Origin: Acidimicrobiales bacterium
GTDB lineage: Bacteria; Actinomycetota; Acidimicrobiia; Acidimicrobiales; JACDCH01
Direction: 5' to 3'
Assembly: GCA_036493595.1 (NCBI GenBank)
Contig: DASXPN010000073.1
Span: 32,029 to 96,028, forward strand
DNA: 64,000 bases
Below the pieces are notes generated by a model, which saw nothing but the letters and a program-made list of their open reading frames with translations, ran no database searches and was not told where the DNA came from. The position numbers and the translations under genes were made by a program. Each line of letters begins with the position of its first letter. The first letter of the stretch is position 1. Below, piece by piece: positions 35,803 through 45,324 of this stretch.

Positions 35803-36608
35803 TGCTGCTCGCCGTCGACGTCGGCAACACGCAGACCGTCATCGGCCTCTACGGGCTCGACGATGACGGCGGCGAGCCGCGCGGTACGGGTGCCGAGCGC
35901 GACCTGCTCGACCACTGGCGCATCGCCACGTCTGCCGAGCGCACCTCGGACGAGCTGGCGCTGCTCGTGCAGGAGTTCCTCGGCTTCCACGGTTTCAGCT
36001 TCGACGAGGACGTCGACGGCGTCGCGCTGTGCTCGTCAGTCCCGAGCATCACCGCCGCGGTACGCGAGATGAGTGAGCGCTACTTCGGGTTCGCGGCCAT
36101 CGTCGTCGAACCCGGTGTCAAGACGGGCATGCCGATTCTGTACGACAGCCCTCGCCAGGTGGGACCCGACCGGATCGCGGACGCGCTCGCCGCCTACGAC
36201 CTCTACGGGGGACCGACCATCGTCGTCGACTTCGGAACGGCGACGACCCTCGAAGCCATCTCGGGCAAGGGCGAGTACCTCGGCGGCGCCATCATCCCCG
36301 GCATCGAGATCAGCCTGGACGCGCTGTACGGACGAGCGGCCGCACTGTTCCGGGTCGAGCTCGTCGAACCTCGGAGTGTCATCGGGAAGAACACGACGGA
36401 GTCGATCCAGTCCGGCGCGCTGTACGGTTTCGCCGCGCAGGTTGACGGCATCTGCACGCGGATGGTCAAGGAGTTGGGGGAGGCGACGGTCGTTGCGACC
36501 GGTGGATTGGCCGGGCTCATCTCGCCGTTCTCGGACGCCATCCAGTACCACGAACCTTGGCTCACACTGCACGGGCTTCGCCTGATCTTCCAGAAGAACC
36601 AGCCGTGA
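35802..36608 (+). CDS. coaX: Type III pantothenate kinase
   Basis: In frame with track ORF 35610..36608. GTG 35802 overlaps the nadC stop (TAGTG). Motifs LLAVDVGNTQTV, VVDFGTATT and GGLAGLI. Confidence 0.92.
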   Translation: MLLAVDVGNTQTVIGLYGLDDDGGEPRGTGAERDLLDHWRIATSAERTSDELALLVQEFLGFHGFSFDEDVDGVALCSSVPSITAAVREMSERYFGFAAIVVEPGVKTGMPILYDSPRQVGPDRIADALAAYDLYGGPTIVVDFGTATTLEAISGKGEYLGGAIIPGIEISLDALYGRAAALFRVELVEPRSVIGKNTTESIQSGALYGFAAQVDGICTRMVKELGEATVVATGGLAGLISPFSDAIQYHEPWLTLHGLRLIFQKNQP

Positions 36609-38029
36609 GCGGCGCCATCCCGTACCGCTACGAGCCGGACGCGACCGCAGCAGGATTGCACGGTCGGTTCGGCTCGCTCGAGCCAGGCACGGAGACCGAC
36701 AGCACGGTGACGGTCGCGGGCCGCCTGATGCTGCGACGCGTCCAGGGCAAGCTCGCGTTCGGCACGTTGCAGGATTCGTCCGGTCGCATCCAGCTCTTCG
36801 CGACCGCGCAGGGCACACCCGATTTCGACGCGTTCTGCGCCCGTTCTCTCGGCGACTGGATCGGTGTGCGGGGCATCGTCATGACGACGAAGCGCGGCGA
36901 GCTGTCCGTGCGCGTCGACGAGTGGACCTTGCTCGCCGAGGCGAAGCGGCCGTTCCCCGACAAGTGGCACGGCATCACCGACACCGACACTCGCTACCGC
37001 CAGCGCTATGTCGATCTGTGGGTGAGCGACGACGTCCGCCGCACGTTCGAATTGCGCAGCCGGCTCGTGTCGTTCGCGCGCCGGTGGCTCGAGGACCGCG
37101 GCTTCATGGAGGTCGAGACTCCCGTGTTGCAACCCTTGCCGGGTGGTGCGCACGCCAAGCCGTTCACGACGCACCACAACGCGCTCGACATGGAGATGTA
37201 CCTGCGCGTCGCGCCCGAGCTGTATCTCAAGCGGCTGATCGCGGGCGGGTTCGAGAAGGTGTTCGAGATCGGCCGTGTGTTTCGCAACGAAGGACTTGGG
37301 TACCGGTGGAACCCTGAGTTCACGATGCTCGAGCTCTACCAGGCGTATGCCGACTACCACGACATCATGGCGCTCACGGAACAACTCATCGCCGACGCAG
37401 CCGCGGAGCTGTGCGGCACGACAAAGCTCCGCTACCTCGATCGCGATCTCGACCTCACGCCGCCGTGGCGGCGGGCGACGATGACAGAGCTCATCAAGGA
37501 GCACGCCGGCATCGACGTCGATCTCGACACACCGATCAGCCAGCTACGTGGCCTGTGCGACGAGCGCGAGATCCCGTGGAGAGACTCCGACGGCCCCGGC
37601 AAGCTCGTGCTCGAGTTGTACGAGAAGACGACAGAGGCCGAGCTCTGGGGACCGGTCTTCGTGTGCGACTACCCGAAGGAGGTCTCGCCCCTGGCCCGGG
37701 ACCATCGGAGCCGGCCCGGTTACGTGGAGCGCTTCGAACCGATCATCGCGGGACGCGAGATCGGCAACGCGTTCAGCGAGTTGATCGATCCGGTGGATCA
37801 GCGGGAGCGGCTCGAGGATCAAGCACGCGCCCGGGCCGGCGGCGACGAGGAGGCGATGAGCTTCGACGCCGACTACGTCCGCGCGCTCGAGTATGGGCTG
37901 CCACCGACGGGCGGGCTCGGGATCGGCATCGATCGCGTGGTGATGATCCTCGCCGATGTGCCCACGATCCGAGACGTGATCCTGTTCCCCACGTTGAGGC
38001 CCGAACAGGTCCAGGGTCAGGACAAGTAG
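36605..38029 (+). CDS. lysS: Lysine--tRNA ligase (class II)
   Basis: In frame with track ORF 36557..38029. GTG 36605 overlaps the coaX stop (GTGA). OB-fold GRLMLRRVQGKLAFGTLQD, motif 2 FEIGRVFRNEG, motif 3 GLGIGIDRVVM. Confidence 0.95.
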   Translation: MSGAIPYRYEPDATAAGLHGRFGSLEPGTETDSTVTVAGRLMLRRVQGKLAFGTLQDSSGRIQLFATAQGTPDFDAFCARSLGDWIGVRGIVMTTKRGELSVRVDEWTLLAEAKRPFPDKWHGITDTDTRYRQRYVDLWVSDDVRRTFELRSRLVSFARRWLEDRGFMEVETPVLQPLPGGAHAKPFTTHHNALDMEMYLRVAPELYLKRLIAGGFEKVFEIGRVFRNEGLGYRWNPEFTMLELYQAYADYHDIMALTEQLIADAAAELCGTTKLRYLDRDLDLTPPWRRATMTELIKEHAGIDVDLDTPISQLRGLCDEREIPWRDSDGPGKLVLELYEKTTEAELWGPVFVCDYPKEVSPLARDHRSRPGYVERFEPIIAGREIGNAFSELIDPVDQRERLEDQARARAGGDEEAMSFDADYVRALEYGLPPTGGLGIGIDRVVMILADVPTIRDVILFPTLRPEQVQGQDK

Positions 38030-38988
38030 TGCGCGTCCTCGTCACCGGCATGGGCGGTGAGATCGGCATCCGCGTCACGAACCTGCTCGAGCGCGATCAC
38101 AACATCAACGACGTGCTCGGCGTCGACATCGACCCGCCGCGGCGCCGGATGCATCGCGCCGAGTTCCGCCGAGTCGATCCTCGCGATCGCCGCAAGCTCG
38201 TCCGCATCGTGCGTGACTTCGAGCCGACTGCGGTCGTGCACCTCGGCGTGTACGAGCCCAATGCGCGCGCCGGACCCGATCTCGCGCGATCGCTGACCCA
38301 CGAGTTCACTCTGGCCGCGCTCGGCGCGGCGGCGGACAGCCGCAGCCTCGATCGAATCGTCGTGCGATCGGGCATCGAGGTCTACGGACGGGCTCGAGGA
38401 GCAGCCACGCGACCGGACGAGTCGGTTGCGCCTGCACCGACATCGGGGTTCGGGCGATCGTTGCTGGAAGTGGAGCTGGCGGCGCGTGAGGCGGCTGACA
38501 GCGCGGACGCGTCATTGACACTCGTGCGGTGCGCGCCAATCGTCGGTCCGCACATGTCGAGTCCGCTCGGACGCCTCCTGCGGCTCCCGGTCGTTCCCAC
38601 CGGCGCCCTGTCCGACCCTCCGTTCTCGCTGCTGCATCAGGACGATGCCGCGGAGGCGTTCGTACGGGCACTCGATCGGAAGTGCGACGAGCCGCTGAAC
38701 GTCGTCGGTCGCGGCGTCGTGACCGCAGCACAAGCAGCGCGGCTCGGCGGCCGGATCGTGTTCCCGGTCGTCGGTCCGCAATGGCTCGCAGCACGGGCGA
38801 TCGCGGAGCTACTGGGCGCGCCGCTGCCCGATCATGTGCAAGAGCTCTTGGTAAGGGGCCGGTCGGCCGACGGATCGCTCGCCGCGACGGTCCTCGGCCT
38901 CGACGACTGCACGAGCACGTTCGAGATCGTGCAGGACCTCTACGAGTGGGCCTCGGTCACCTACCTGAAGGCGTCGGAAGCAGCGTGA
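38029..38988 (+). CDS. NAD-dependent epimerase/dehydratase family protein
   Basis: In frame with track ORF 37411..38988. GTG 38029 overlaps the lysS stop (TAGTG). VLVTGMGGEIG Rossmann motif. Confidence 0.75.
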   Translation: MRVLVTGMGGEIGIRVTNLLERDHNINDVLGVDIDPPRRRMHRAEFRRVDPRDRRKLVRIVRDFEPTAVVHLGVYEPNARAGPDLARSLTHEFTLAALGAAADSRSLDRIVVRSGIEVYGRARGAATRPDESVAPAPTSGFGRSLLEVELAAREAADSADASLTLVRCAPIVGPHMSSPLGRLLRLPVVPTGALSDPPFSLLHQDDAAEAFVRALDRKCDEPLNVVGRGVVTAAQAARLGGRIVFPVVGPQWLAARAIAELLGAPLPDHVQELLVRGRSADGSLAATVLGLDDCTSTFEIVQDLYEWASVTYLKASEAA

Positions 38989-39102
38989 GCGAGCGCAGCG
39001 AGCTCAGGTGGTTCCAGTCGAGCGAGCGCCAGCTCGCCGGTTGGTTTGGGGTCTGGGGGCGTAGCCCCCAGGGAAGCGAAGCAGCGTGAGCGAGATCAGC
39101 GA
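38977..39102. repeat. Direct repeat with 101-bp period: gaagcagcgtgagcgag(cg/at)cagcga at 38977-39001 and 39078-39102
   Basis: 23 of 25 nt identical. Each copy carries a TGA stop overlapped by a GTG start. The interval contains a perfect hairpin ctgggggc-gta-gcccccag (about 39050-39068). Confidence 0.85.
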
Positions 39103-39742
39103 CGTTGCGGCGGGGTCGTTCGTGCGGCACCGGCTCGACGGTACGTACGCGATCGACGAGTGGGGACTCGACGCCGAGCTCGTCGATGCGGTTTCACCGT
39201 TGCTGGGATTGCGTTGGCAGGTCGACACCATCGGTGCCGACGTCTTGCCGCGCCACGGCGCGGTGCTGCTTGTCGCCAACTGCCGGCTGGGTTGGTCGGA
39301 GCCCTTCGTGATGAGCCGGGGCATCCGGCAGGCGACAGGACGCTTCGTGCGCGTCGCCGGCGTCCCCGATGTCGCGCCTGTCGGTCCGTTGTTGCGTCGG
39401 TTCGGGGGCGTGCTCGCCCGCCCGGACGAGATCACCGGGTTGCTGCGAGCCGGCGGGATGGTCGGGGTCACGCTCGGGCAGTCCGTCCGTCGGCGTCATC
39501 ACGCGGGCGCGGTGCGGCCGGATCTGCTCGCACCCGCACTGGTCGTCGGTGCTGATGTCGTGCCCGTTGCGTTGATCGGTCGTGAGCTCGGGCGCCGCTG
39601 GCAGGTTGTTGTCGGGCCGGCCATCGAGCGCCCGACGAGCCGCGGCCCACTGGCGGTCGCTGACCTCGCCGAGCGGGCTCGCAACGGTGTGCAGTCATTG
39701 CTCGACGAGGCGTTTCCCCCGAGCTTGCTGAGGATGTCATGA
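39086..39742 (+). CDS. PlsC-like (lysophospholipid) acyltransferase-family protein with a degenerate catalytic box
   Basis: Track ORF of 218 aa. LLVANCRLGWSEPF sits where the family has NHxSxxD. Downstream, VPVAL... resembles block III/IV. Confidence 0.5.
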   Translation: MSEISDVAAGSFVRHRLDGTYAIDEWGLDAELVDAVSPLLGLRWQVDTIGADVLPRHGAVLLVANCRLGWSEPFVMSRGIRQATGRFVRVAGVPDVAPVGPLLRRFGGVLARPDEITGLLRAGGMVGVTLGQSVRRRHHAGAVRPDLLAPALVVGADVVPVALIGRELGRRWQVVVGPAIERPTSRGPLAVADLAERARNGVQSLLDEAFPPSLLRMS

Positions 39743-40581
39743 GCTTCGCCACGACCGCTGACGGCATCCGGATCCACTACGACGTGTTCGGCCGTCGTGG
39801 CGCCGAGCCGGTGTTGATGATCCAGGGTCTCGGCGCCGACTCCCGTGGTTGGGGTCTCCAGCGACCCGCGATCGGTCGCTCCTATCGCGGCATCGTGTTC
39901 GACAATCGCGGCGTCGGTCGAAGTGGCAAGCCGGTTGGACAGTACGACCTCGAGCAGATGGCCGACGACGCGATCGCGGTGCTGGATGACGCGGGCTTCG
40001 ACTCCGCGCACGTGATGGGCGCGTCGATGGGTGGCGTGATCGCGCAGATCATCGCGGTGCGCTATCCGGAACGAGTGCGATCGCTGATCCTGGCGTGCAC
40101 GGCGTGCCGCCACCTCACCTGGCGACGCGAGCTGCTCGAGGACTGGGCCGCGCTCGCGCAAGCTCAGGGCATGCGCGCGTTCGCCGCCGCCAACCTGCGC
40201 TGGCTGGTCGGTCCGCGATCGCTGCGCCGCTTCTGGCCCGCGTTCGGGGTGCTCACGCCGATCGCGATCAGCGCGCCGACGCATTCATTCGTGTCGCAGG
40301 TGCACGCCATCCTCGACATGGACGACGACCTGCGGATGTTGTTGCCGACGGTGACAGCACCGACGCTTGTGCTCGTCGGTAGTCAGGACATCCTGACGCC
40401 ACAGGCCGACGCGGAGGAGATCGTCGAGCTGATCCCCGACGCGGAGCTCGCCGTCGTACAAGGCGCAGCGCACGGCCTGATGGTCGAACACTTCGCCACG
40501 TTCAACCGCCTGGTCCTCGACTTCCTCGCACGCGTGACCGCCGAACAACACAGCCTCGAACTCCGTCGGGACCGCTCCTGA
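39739..40581 (+). CDS. Alpha/beta-fold hydrolase
   Basis: Track ORF of 280 aa. ATGA overlap with the upstream gene. Nucleophile elbow GASMGG. VLMIQGLG... Confidence 0.88.
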   Translation: MSFATTADGIRIHYDVFGRRGAEPVLMIQGLGADSRGWGLQRPAIGRSYRGIVFDNRGVGRSGKPVGQYDLEQMADDAIAVLDDAGFDSAHVMGASMGGVIAQIIAVRYPERVRSLILACTACRHLTWRRELLEDWAALAQAQGMRAFAAANLRWLVGPRSLRRFWPAFGVLTPIAISAPTHSFVSQVHAILDMDDDLRMLLPTVTAPTLVLVGSQDILTPQADAEEIVELIPDAELAVVQGAAHGLMVEHFATFNRLVLDFLARVTAEQHSLELRRDRS

Positions 40582-40770
40582 GTCCGCGCCAGCATCAGCT
40601 TGTCCAGGCGTCGGCGCCGGCCTTGCCGGAGCCACAGCGTCGCGCTCGCCGCCCGGCCCACGAGTCAATGTGTCCTCGGTGCCTCCTCTGCGTAGAGCCG
40701 CGGACACCGTACGTCACCCTCCGTGATACGGGAGGCGAGCAGATCGAGGAACGAACGACGAAGGCTGGCG

Positions 40771-41769
40771 TCAGCCGGCGGCGCGTACGGCGTCGACGCG
40801 TGCGAACAGCGCATCGGTGGCCGATGCCAACCACGCCGTCGCCGCGTTCTCACCGAGCGGCGCGAGCGCGCGCACCGCGCTGTCCGCGTGTTCACGCGCC
40901 GTGTCGAGGGCGGCAGCGACCGCACCATCGGCTCGCACGAGCGACAGCGCTTCGCGGAGTCGGTCGTCGTCCAGGGGCCGGCCGAGGCGATCGCGAAGAC
41001 CGTCCGCACCGTCCAGCGCGCGCAGCACCGGCAGGGTGTAGACGCCTTCGACGAGATCGTGACCAGCGGGCTTGCCGAGCTCGTCGTCCGACGCCACGAC
41101 ATCGAGCACGTCGTCCACGATCTGGAACGCGATGCCGTAGCCCTCGCCGTATGCGGTCAAGGCGTCGATCGCGTCCCGGGGCAGGCCACCGACGATGGCG
41201 CCGATTCGGCACGCCGTTGCGAACAGCGCCGCCGTCTTGCCGCGGATCGAGTCGAGGTACGCCTCCTCGGTGCGGCCCACGTCGTAGGCAGACCGCAACT
41301 CGCCGACTTCGCCCTCACACAAGCGCCCGATGGTGGCGGCGAGGAGTCCCGCCACCTCGGTGCCGAGTGACGCCGCGATCTCCGATGCCCGAGCCAGCAG
41401 GAAGTCCCCCGCGAGGATGGCGGTGAGGTTGCCCCACCGGGCGTTGACGCTCTCGACCGTGCGCCGGGTGACGGCTTCGTCGATCACGTCGTCGTGATAC
41501 AGCGACCCGAGATGGACGAGCTCCACGGCGACGCCACCTAGCACGGCATCCTCGCTGACCTGCGGTTCTCCCCTTCTCGAGGCCGCAGAGGCGACCGCGA
41601 ACAGCGGTCGTACTCGCTTGCCGCCCGCGACGATCAGGTGGCTCGCAACCTCGCTGAGGAAGTCGTTGTCGCTGCGGACCGACGCGAGAAGCGCCGGCTC
41701 CACTCGCGCTCGTGCGTCGACGATGAACGAAGGCTCCGCACGCGCCGAGGACGACCCCACCGCCGACAC
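40771..41769 (-). CDS. Polyprenyl diphosphate synthase (trans-isoprenyl diphosphate synthase family)
   Basis: Track ORF of 332 aa. First Asp-rich motif [10 protein letters not shown], second FQIVDDVLD. Confidence 0.92.
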   Translation of the reverse strand: MSAVGSSSARAEPSFIVDARARVEPALLASVRSDNDFLSEVASHLIVAGGKRVRPLFAVASAASRRGEPQVSEDAVLGGVAVELVHLGSLYHDDVIDEAVTRRTVESVNARWGNLTAILAGDFLLARASEIAASLGTEVAGLLAATIGRLCEGEVGELRSAYDVGRTEEAYLDSIRGKTAALFATACRIGAIVGGLPRDAIDALTAYGEGYGIAFQIVDDVLDVVASDDELGKPAGHDLVEGVYTLPVLRALDGADGLRDRLGRPLDDDRLREALSLVRADGAVAAALDTAREHADSAVRALAPLGENAATAWLASATDALFARVDAVRAAG

Positions 41770-41897
41770 GCTACGGGGTCTTTTGGACGGGCGAAAACCC
41801 GTTGCAATCGGCCCCCACGCCTCAATCCTTCAGACGTGCGAACCGAAGGGTCATGGGTAGACTCCACGCCACTCAACCCCCGCCAGGGGAGGCGATC

Positions 41898-44420
41898 TTG
41901 TTCGAACGGTTCACGGACCGGGCACGTCGTGTCGTCGTTCTTGCACAAGAAGAAGCACGGCTGCTCAACCACAACTACATCGGTACCGAGCACATCCTGC
42001 TCGGCCTGATCCACGAGGGCGAAGGTGTCGCCGCGAAGGCGCTCGAATCGCTCGGCATCTCACTCGAAGCGGTTCGCAGTCAGGTCGAGGAGATCATCGG
42101 TCAAGGCGGCTCGTCACCGAGTGGGCACATCCCGTTCACGCCGCGCGCCAAGAAGGTCCTCGAGCTGTCGTTGCGCGAGGCCTTGCAACTCGGTCACAAC
42201 TACATCGGCACCGAGCACATCCTCCTCGGTCTCATCCGTGAAGGTGAAGGCGTCGCCGCGCAAGTGCTCGTGAAGCTCGGCGCGGACCTCTCGCGCGTGC
42301 GCCAGCAAGTCATCCAGCTGCTGTCGGGTTACAGCGGCCCCGGCGGTCAGCAAGAGAAGGCAGGCGCGACGGCTGGTGGCAGCGGCGAGCAGACGCCGTC
42401 CGGTTCGCTCGTGCTCGACCAGTTCGGTCGCAACCTCACGCAGCAAGCGCGCGAGAAGAAGCTCGATCCCGTCATCGGTCGTCACCGTGAGATCGAGCGC
42501 GTGATGCAAGTGCTCTCGCGGCGCACGAAGAACAATCCCGTGCTCGTCGGCGAGCCCGGCGTGGGCAAGACCGCGATCGTCGAAGGTCTCGCGCAGAAGA
42601 TCGTCGCCAACGATGTGCCCGAGACACTGCGGGGCAAGCAGCTCTACACGCTCGACCTCGGCGCGCTCGTCGCCGGCTCCCGCTACCGCGGCGACTTCGA
42701 AGAGCGCCTCAAGAAGGTGTTGAAGGAGATCCGCACGCGCGGCGACATCATCTTGTTCATCGACGAGCTGCACACGCTCGTCGGTGCAGGTGCAGCCGAA
42801 GGTGCGATCGACGCCGCGTCGATCCTCAAGCCGATGCTCGCTCGTGGCGAGCTGCAGACCATCGGCGCGACGACGCTCGACGAGTACCGCAAGCACCTCG
42901 AGAAGGACGCGGCGCTCGAGCGGCGCTTCCAGAAGATCACCGTCGACGAGCCGACCGTCGCGCACACCATCGAGATCCTGAAGGGTCTGCGCGATCGGTA
43001 CGAGGCCCATCACCGCGTCACGATCACCGACCAGGCGCTCGTGGCCGCGGCCAACCTCGCCGACCGGTACATCTCCGACCGTCACCTCCCCGACAAGGCC
43101 ATCGACCTCATCGACGAAGCCGGGTCGCGCTTGCGCATCAAGCGCATGGAGACGCCGCCCGACTACAAAGAGCTCGAGAACCAGATCGCGCAGGTGCAGC
43201 AGCAGAAGAAGGAGGCCGTCGAGGCACAGCGCTTCGAAGAGGCCGGCAAGCTGCGCGACCGCGAGAAGGAGCTGCTCGGCGAGAAGGAGACGAAGGAAGC
43301 CGAGATCAAGGCGTCCGGTGTCGACCTGTTCGACGAGGTGGACGAAGAGGCCATTGCCGAAGTGCTCTCGGTGTGGACCGGCATCCCCGTGTACAAGCTC
43401 ACCGAGGAAGAGACGCAGAAGCTGCTGCGCATGGAAGATGAGCTGCACAAGCGGGTCATCGGCCAGGAGCAGGCGATCAGGTCGGTGTCGCAGGCGATCC
43501 GGCGCACGCGCGCCGGTCTGAAAGATCCGAAGCGCCCGTCGGGCTCGTTCATCTTCCTCGGCCCGTCCGGCGTCGGGAAGACGGAGCTCGCGAAGACCTT
43601 GGCCGAATTCCTGTTCGGCGACGAGCAGTCACTGATCGCGCTCGACATGTCCGAGTACATGGAGAAGCACACTGTGTCTCGCCTCGTCGGCTCGCCTCCG
43701 GGCTACGTCGGCTACGAGGAAGGTGGCCAGCTCACCGAAGCGGTGCGGCGCAAGCCGTTCTCCGTGGTGCTGTTCGACGAGATCGAAAAGGCCCACCCGG
43801 ACGTCTTCAACACGCTGTTGCAGATCCTCGAAGAGGGTCGCCTGACCGACGCGCAGGGTCGCTCGGTCGACTTCCGCAACACCGTGCTGATCATGACGTC
43901 CAACCTGGGTACCGCGGACCTGCGCAAGGCCAACGTCGGCTTCGGCAAGTCGGACGAGGCGGTCACGTACGAGCGCATGAAGGAGAAGGTCACCGACGCG
44001 CTCAAGCAGCACTTCCGTCCCGAGTTCCTGAACCGCATCGACGAGGTGATCGTCTTCCACGAGCTGTCGAAGGAAGAGGTCATCCAGATCGTCGACCTCA
44101 TGATGCGGCGAGTGGCGGTGCAGCTCGAGAGCCAGGGCATCGGCATCGAGATCACCCAAGGCGCGAAGCAGTTGCTGGCCGAGCGCGGGTACGACCCGAC
44201 ACTCGGCGCCCGGCCGCTGCGTCGTGCCATCCAGCGCCTCGTCGAGGATCCGCTGTCCGAGCGGTTGCTCTACAAGGAATTCCGCGCCGGCGAGATCGTG
44301 ATCGTCGGTGCCGAGCCCGATCCCGAGTCGGACAAGGGCGAGGACATGATCGTGTTCCGGTCGGTGGAGGGCTTCGAGCCGCCGCCGATCGAGCTCGCCG
44401 AAGCCGGCCCGACGGAGTAG
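41898..44420 (+). CDS. clpC: ATP-dependent Clp protease ATP-binding subunit ClpC
   Basis: In frame with track ORF 41802..44420. TTG 41898 (read as [12 protein letters not shown]) sits 6 nt after AGGGGAGG. Two Clp-N repeats, Walker [11 protein letters not shown] and [12 protein letters not shown], and a UVR-like [11 protein letters not shown]. Confidence 0.96.
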   Translation: MFERFTDRARRVVVLAQEEARLLNHNYIGTEHILLGLIHEGEGVAAKALESLGISLEAVRSQVEEIIGQGGSSPSGHIPFTPRAKKVLELSLREALQLGHNYIGTEHILLGLIREGEGVAAQVLVKLGADLSRVRQQVIQLLSGYSGPGGQQEKAGATAGGSGEQTPSGSLVLDQFGRNLTQQAREKKLDPVIGRHREIERVMQVLSRRTKNNPVLVGEPGVGKTAIVEGLAQKIVANDVPETLRGKQLYTLDLGALVAGSRYRGDFEERLKKVLKEIRTRGDIILFIDELHTLVGAGAAEGAIDAASILKPMLARGELQTIGATTLDEYRKHLEKDAALERRFQKITVDEPTVAHTIEILKGLRDRYEAHHRVTITDQALVAAANLADRYISDRHLPDKAIDLIDEAGSRLRIKRMETPPDYKELENQIAQVQQQKKEAVEAQRFEEAGKLRDREKELLGEKETKEAEIKASGVDLFDEVDEEAIAEVLSVWTGIPVYKLTEEETQKLLRMEDELHKRVIGQEQAIRSVSQAIRRTRAGLKDPKRPSGSFIFLGPSGVGKTELAKTLAEFLFGDEQSLIALDMSEYMEKHTVSRLVGSPPGYVGYEEGGQLTEAVRRKPFSVVLFDEIEKAHPDVFNTLLQILEEGRLTDAQGRSVDFRNTVLIMTSNLGTADLRKANVGFGKSDEAVTYERMKEKVTDALKQHFRPEFLNRIDEVIVFHELSKEEVIQIVDLMMRRVAVQLESQGIGIEITQGAKQLLAERGYDPTLGARPLRRAIQRLVEDPLSERLLYKEFRAGEIVIVGAEPDPESDKGEDMIVFRSVEGFEPPPIELAEAGPTE

Positions 44421-44448
44421 CACTCCGGCCGCTCGCGGTTCGCCGCGT

Positions 44449-45258
44449 ATGACTCGGATCAAACGGCGACTCCGCCTCGCCGCGCTCGTGGTGCTGGTCG
44501 TGATCGGCGCGAGCGCGTGCCGCGTCAAGACCGAGATCGGCGTGACCGTGAAGGACGACGGCAGCGGCACGGTCACCGTGCGGGTCGGGCTCGACGACGA
44601 CGCGTTGCAGCGTGCGCCCAACTTCGTCCAGTCGCTGAAGACCGACGACCTCGCGGCCGCGGGATGGACGGTCGTCGGCCCGGTGAAGGAAGCCGACAAC
44701 TTCACCTATGTCGAGGCGAGCAAGAACTTCGCCAACCCGGACGAAGCCTCGAAGATCTTCGCGGACCTGTCGGGCACCGGCGGACCATTCCGTGACTTCG
44801 CCATCACTCGGTCGCGCGCGTTCGCCCGCACGAAGTTCACGTTCAACGGGACGGTGGACTTTGCCGCAGGCCTCGAGGCGTTCGGCGACAGCGATCTCGC
44901 CGCGGCGTTGGACGGCAAGCCGCTCGGCGACGATCTCGGGGCGATCCAGGCTCGGTTGGGCGAGCCTCTGGATCGGGTGTTCTCGTTCGAGGTCGCCGTG
45001 CGGCTGCCAGGAGACGTGACGTCGAACGCGCCCGGCCAGGCCGAGAACGGCGCCATCTGGCAGCCGTCGCTGGCACAGGCCGGCCCTGTGCAGCTCACCG
45101 CGAAGTCGACGAGTACCCGCTGGCAAACGCTGATCGGGTCTGTCGTCGCCGTGGTCGCCGCCATCGGTCTGCTCGTGCTGCTGATCCTCTGGTTGCACTT
45201 CCGCGTCCGCCAGCGCCGCCGCGCCCAACCCCGTCACGCCCAACCCCGCAAGGCCTGA
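44449..45258 (+). CDS. LppM/DUF3153-like lipoprotein with C-terminal TM anchor
   Basis: Track ORF of 269 aa. Signal peptide ending VVIGASAC (lipobox-like). C-terminal TM LIGSVVAVVAAIGLLVLLILW and a basic tail. Confidence 0.65.
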   Translation: MTRIKRRLRLAALVVLVVIGASACRVKTEIGVTVKDDGSGTVTVRVGLDDDALQRAPNFVQSLKTDDLAAAGWTVVGPVKEADNFTYVEASKNFANPDEASKIFADLSGTGGPFRDFAITRSRAFARTKFTFNGTVDFAAGLEAFGDSDLAAALDGKPLGDDLGAIQARLGEPLDRVFSFEVAVRLPGDVTSNAPGQAENGAIWQPSLAQAGPVQLTAKSTSTRWQTLIGSVVAVVAAIGLLVLLILWLHFRVRQRRRAQPRHAQPRKA

Positions 45259-45282
45259 TCCCGACACGCCTGATCCCGACAC
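45223..45282. repeat. Four tandem 15-bp units (two diverged coding copies + two perfect copies) crossing the stop codon of the lipoprotein gene
   Basis: Units are gcccaaccccgtcac, gcccaaccccgcaag, gcctgatcccgacac, gcctgatcccgacac. The stop TGA at 45256-45258 is in unit 3; unit 4 (45268-45282) is identical to unit 3. Confidence 0.85.
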
Positions 45283-45324
45283 GCGCCGACGGGATAACCG
45301 GCGCTGTCGTACCCCCTGGTCATC

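Noticed and set aside
40582-40770. 189-bp convergent intergenic region (hydrolase / polyprenyl synthase) and the ORFs 40595..40834 and 40623..41426.
   Set aside because: The ORFs are Arg-rich and overlap the polyprenyl synthase gene in antisense. The region has imperfect GC hairpins compatible with terminators, but no clean stem plus U-tract.
42114-43448. 444-aa minus-strand ORF inside clpC.
   Set aside because: It is antisense to the best-conserved part of ClpC. Its repetitive L/E/D/R/G composition mirrors the sense codons.
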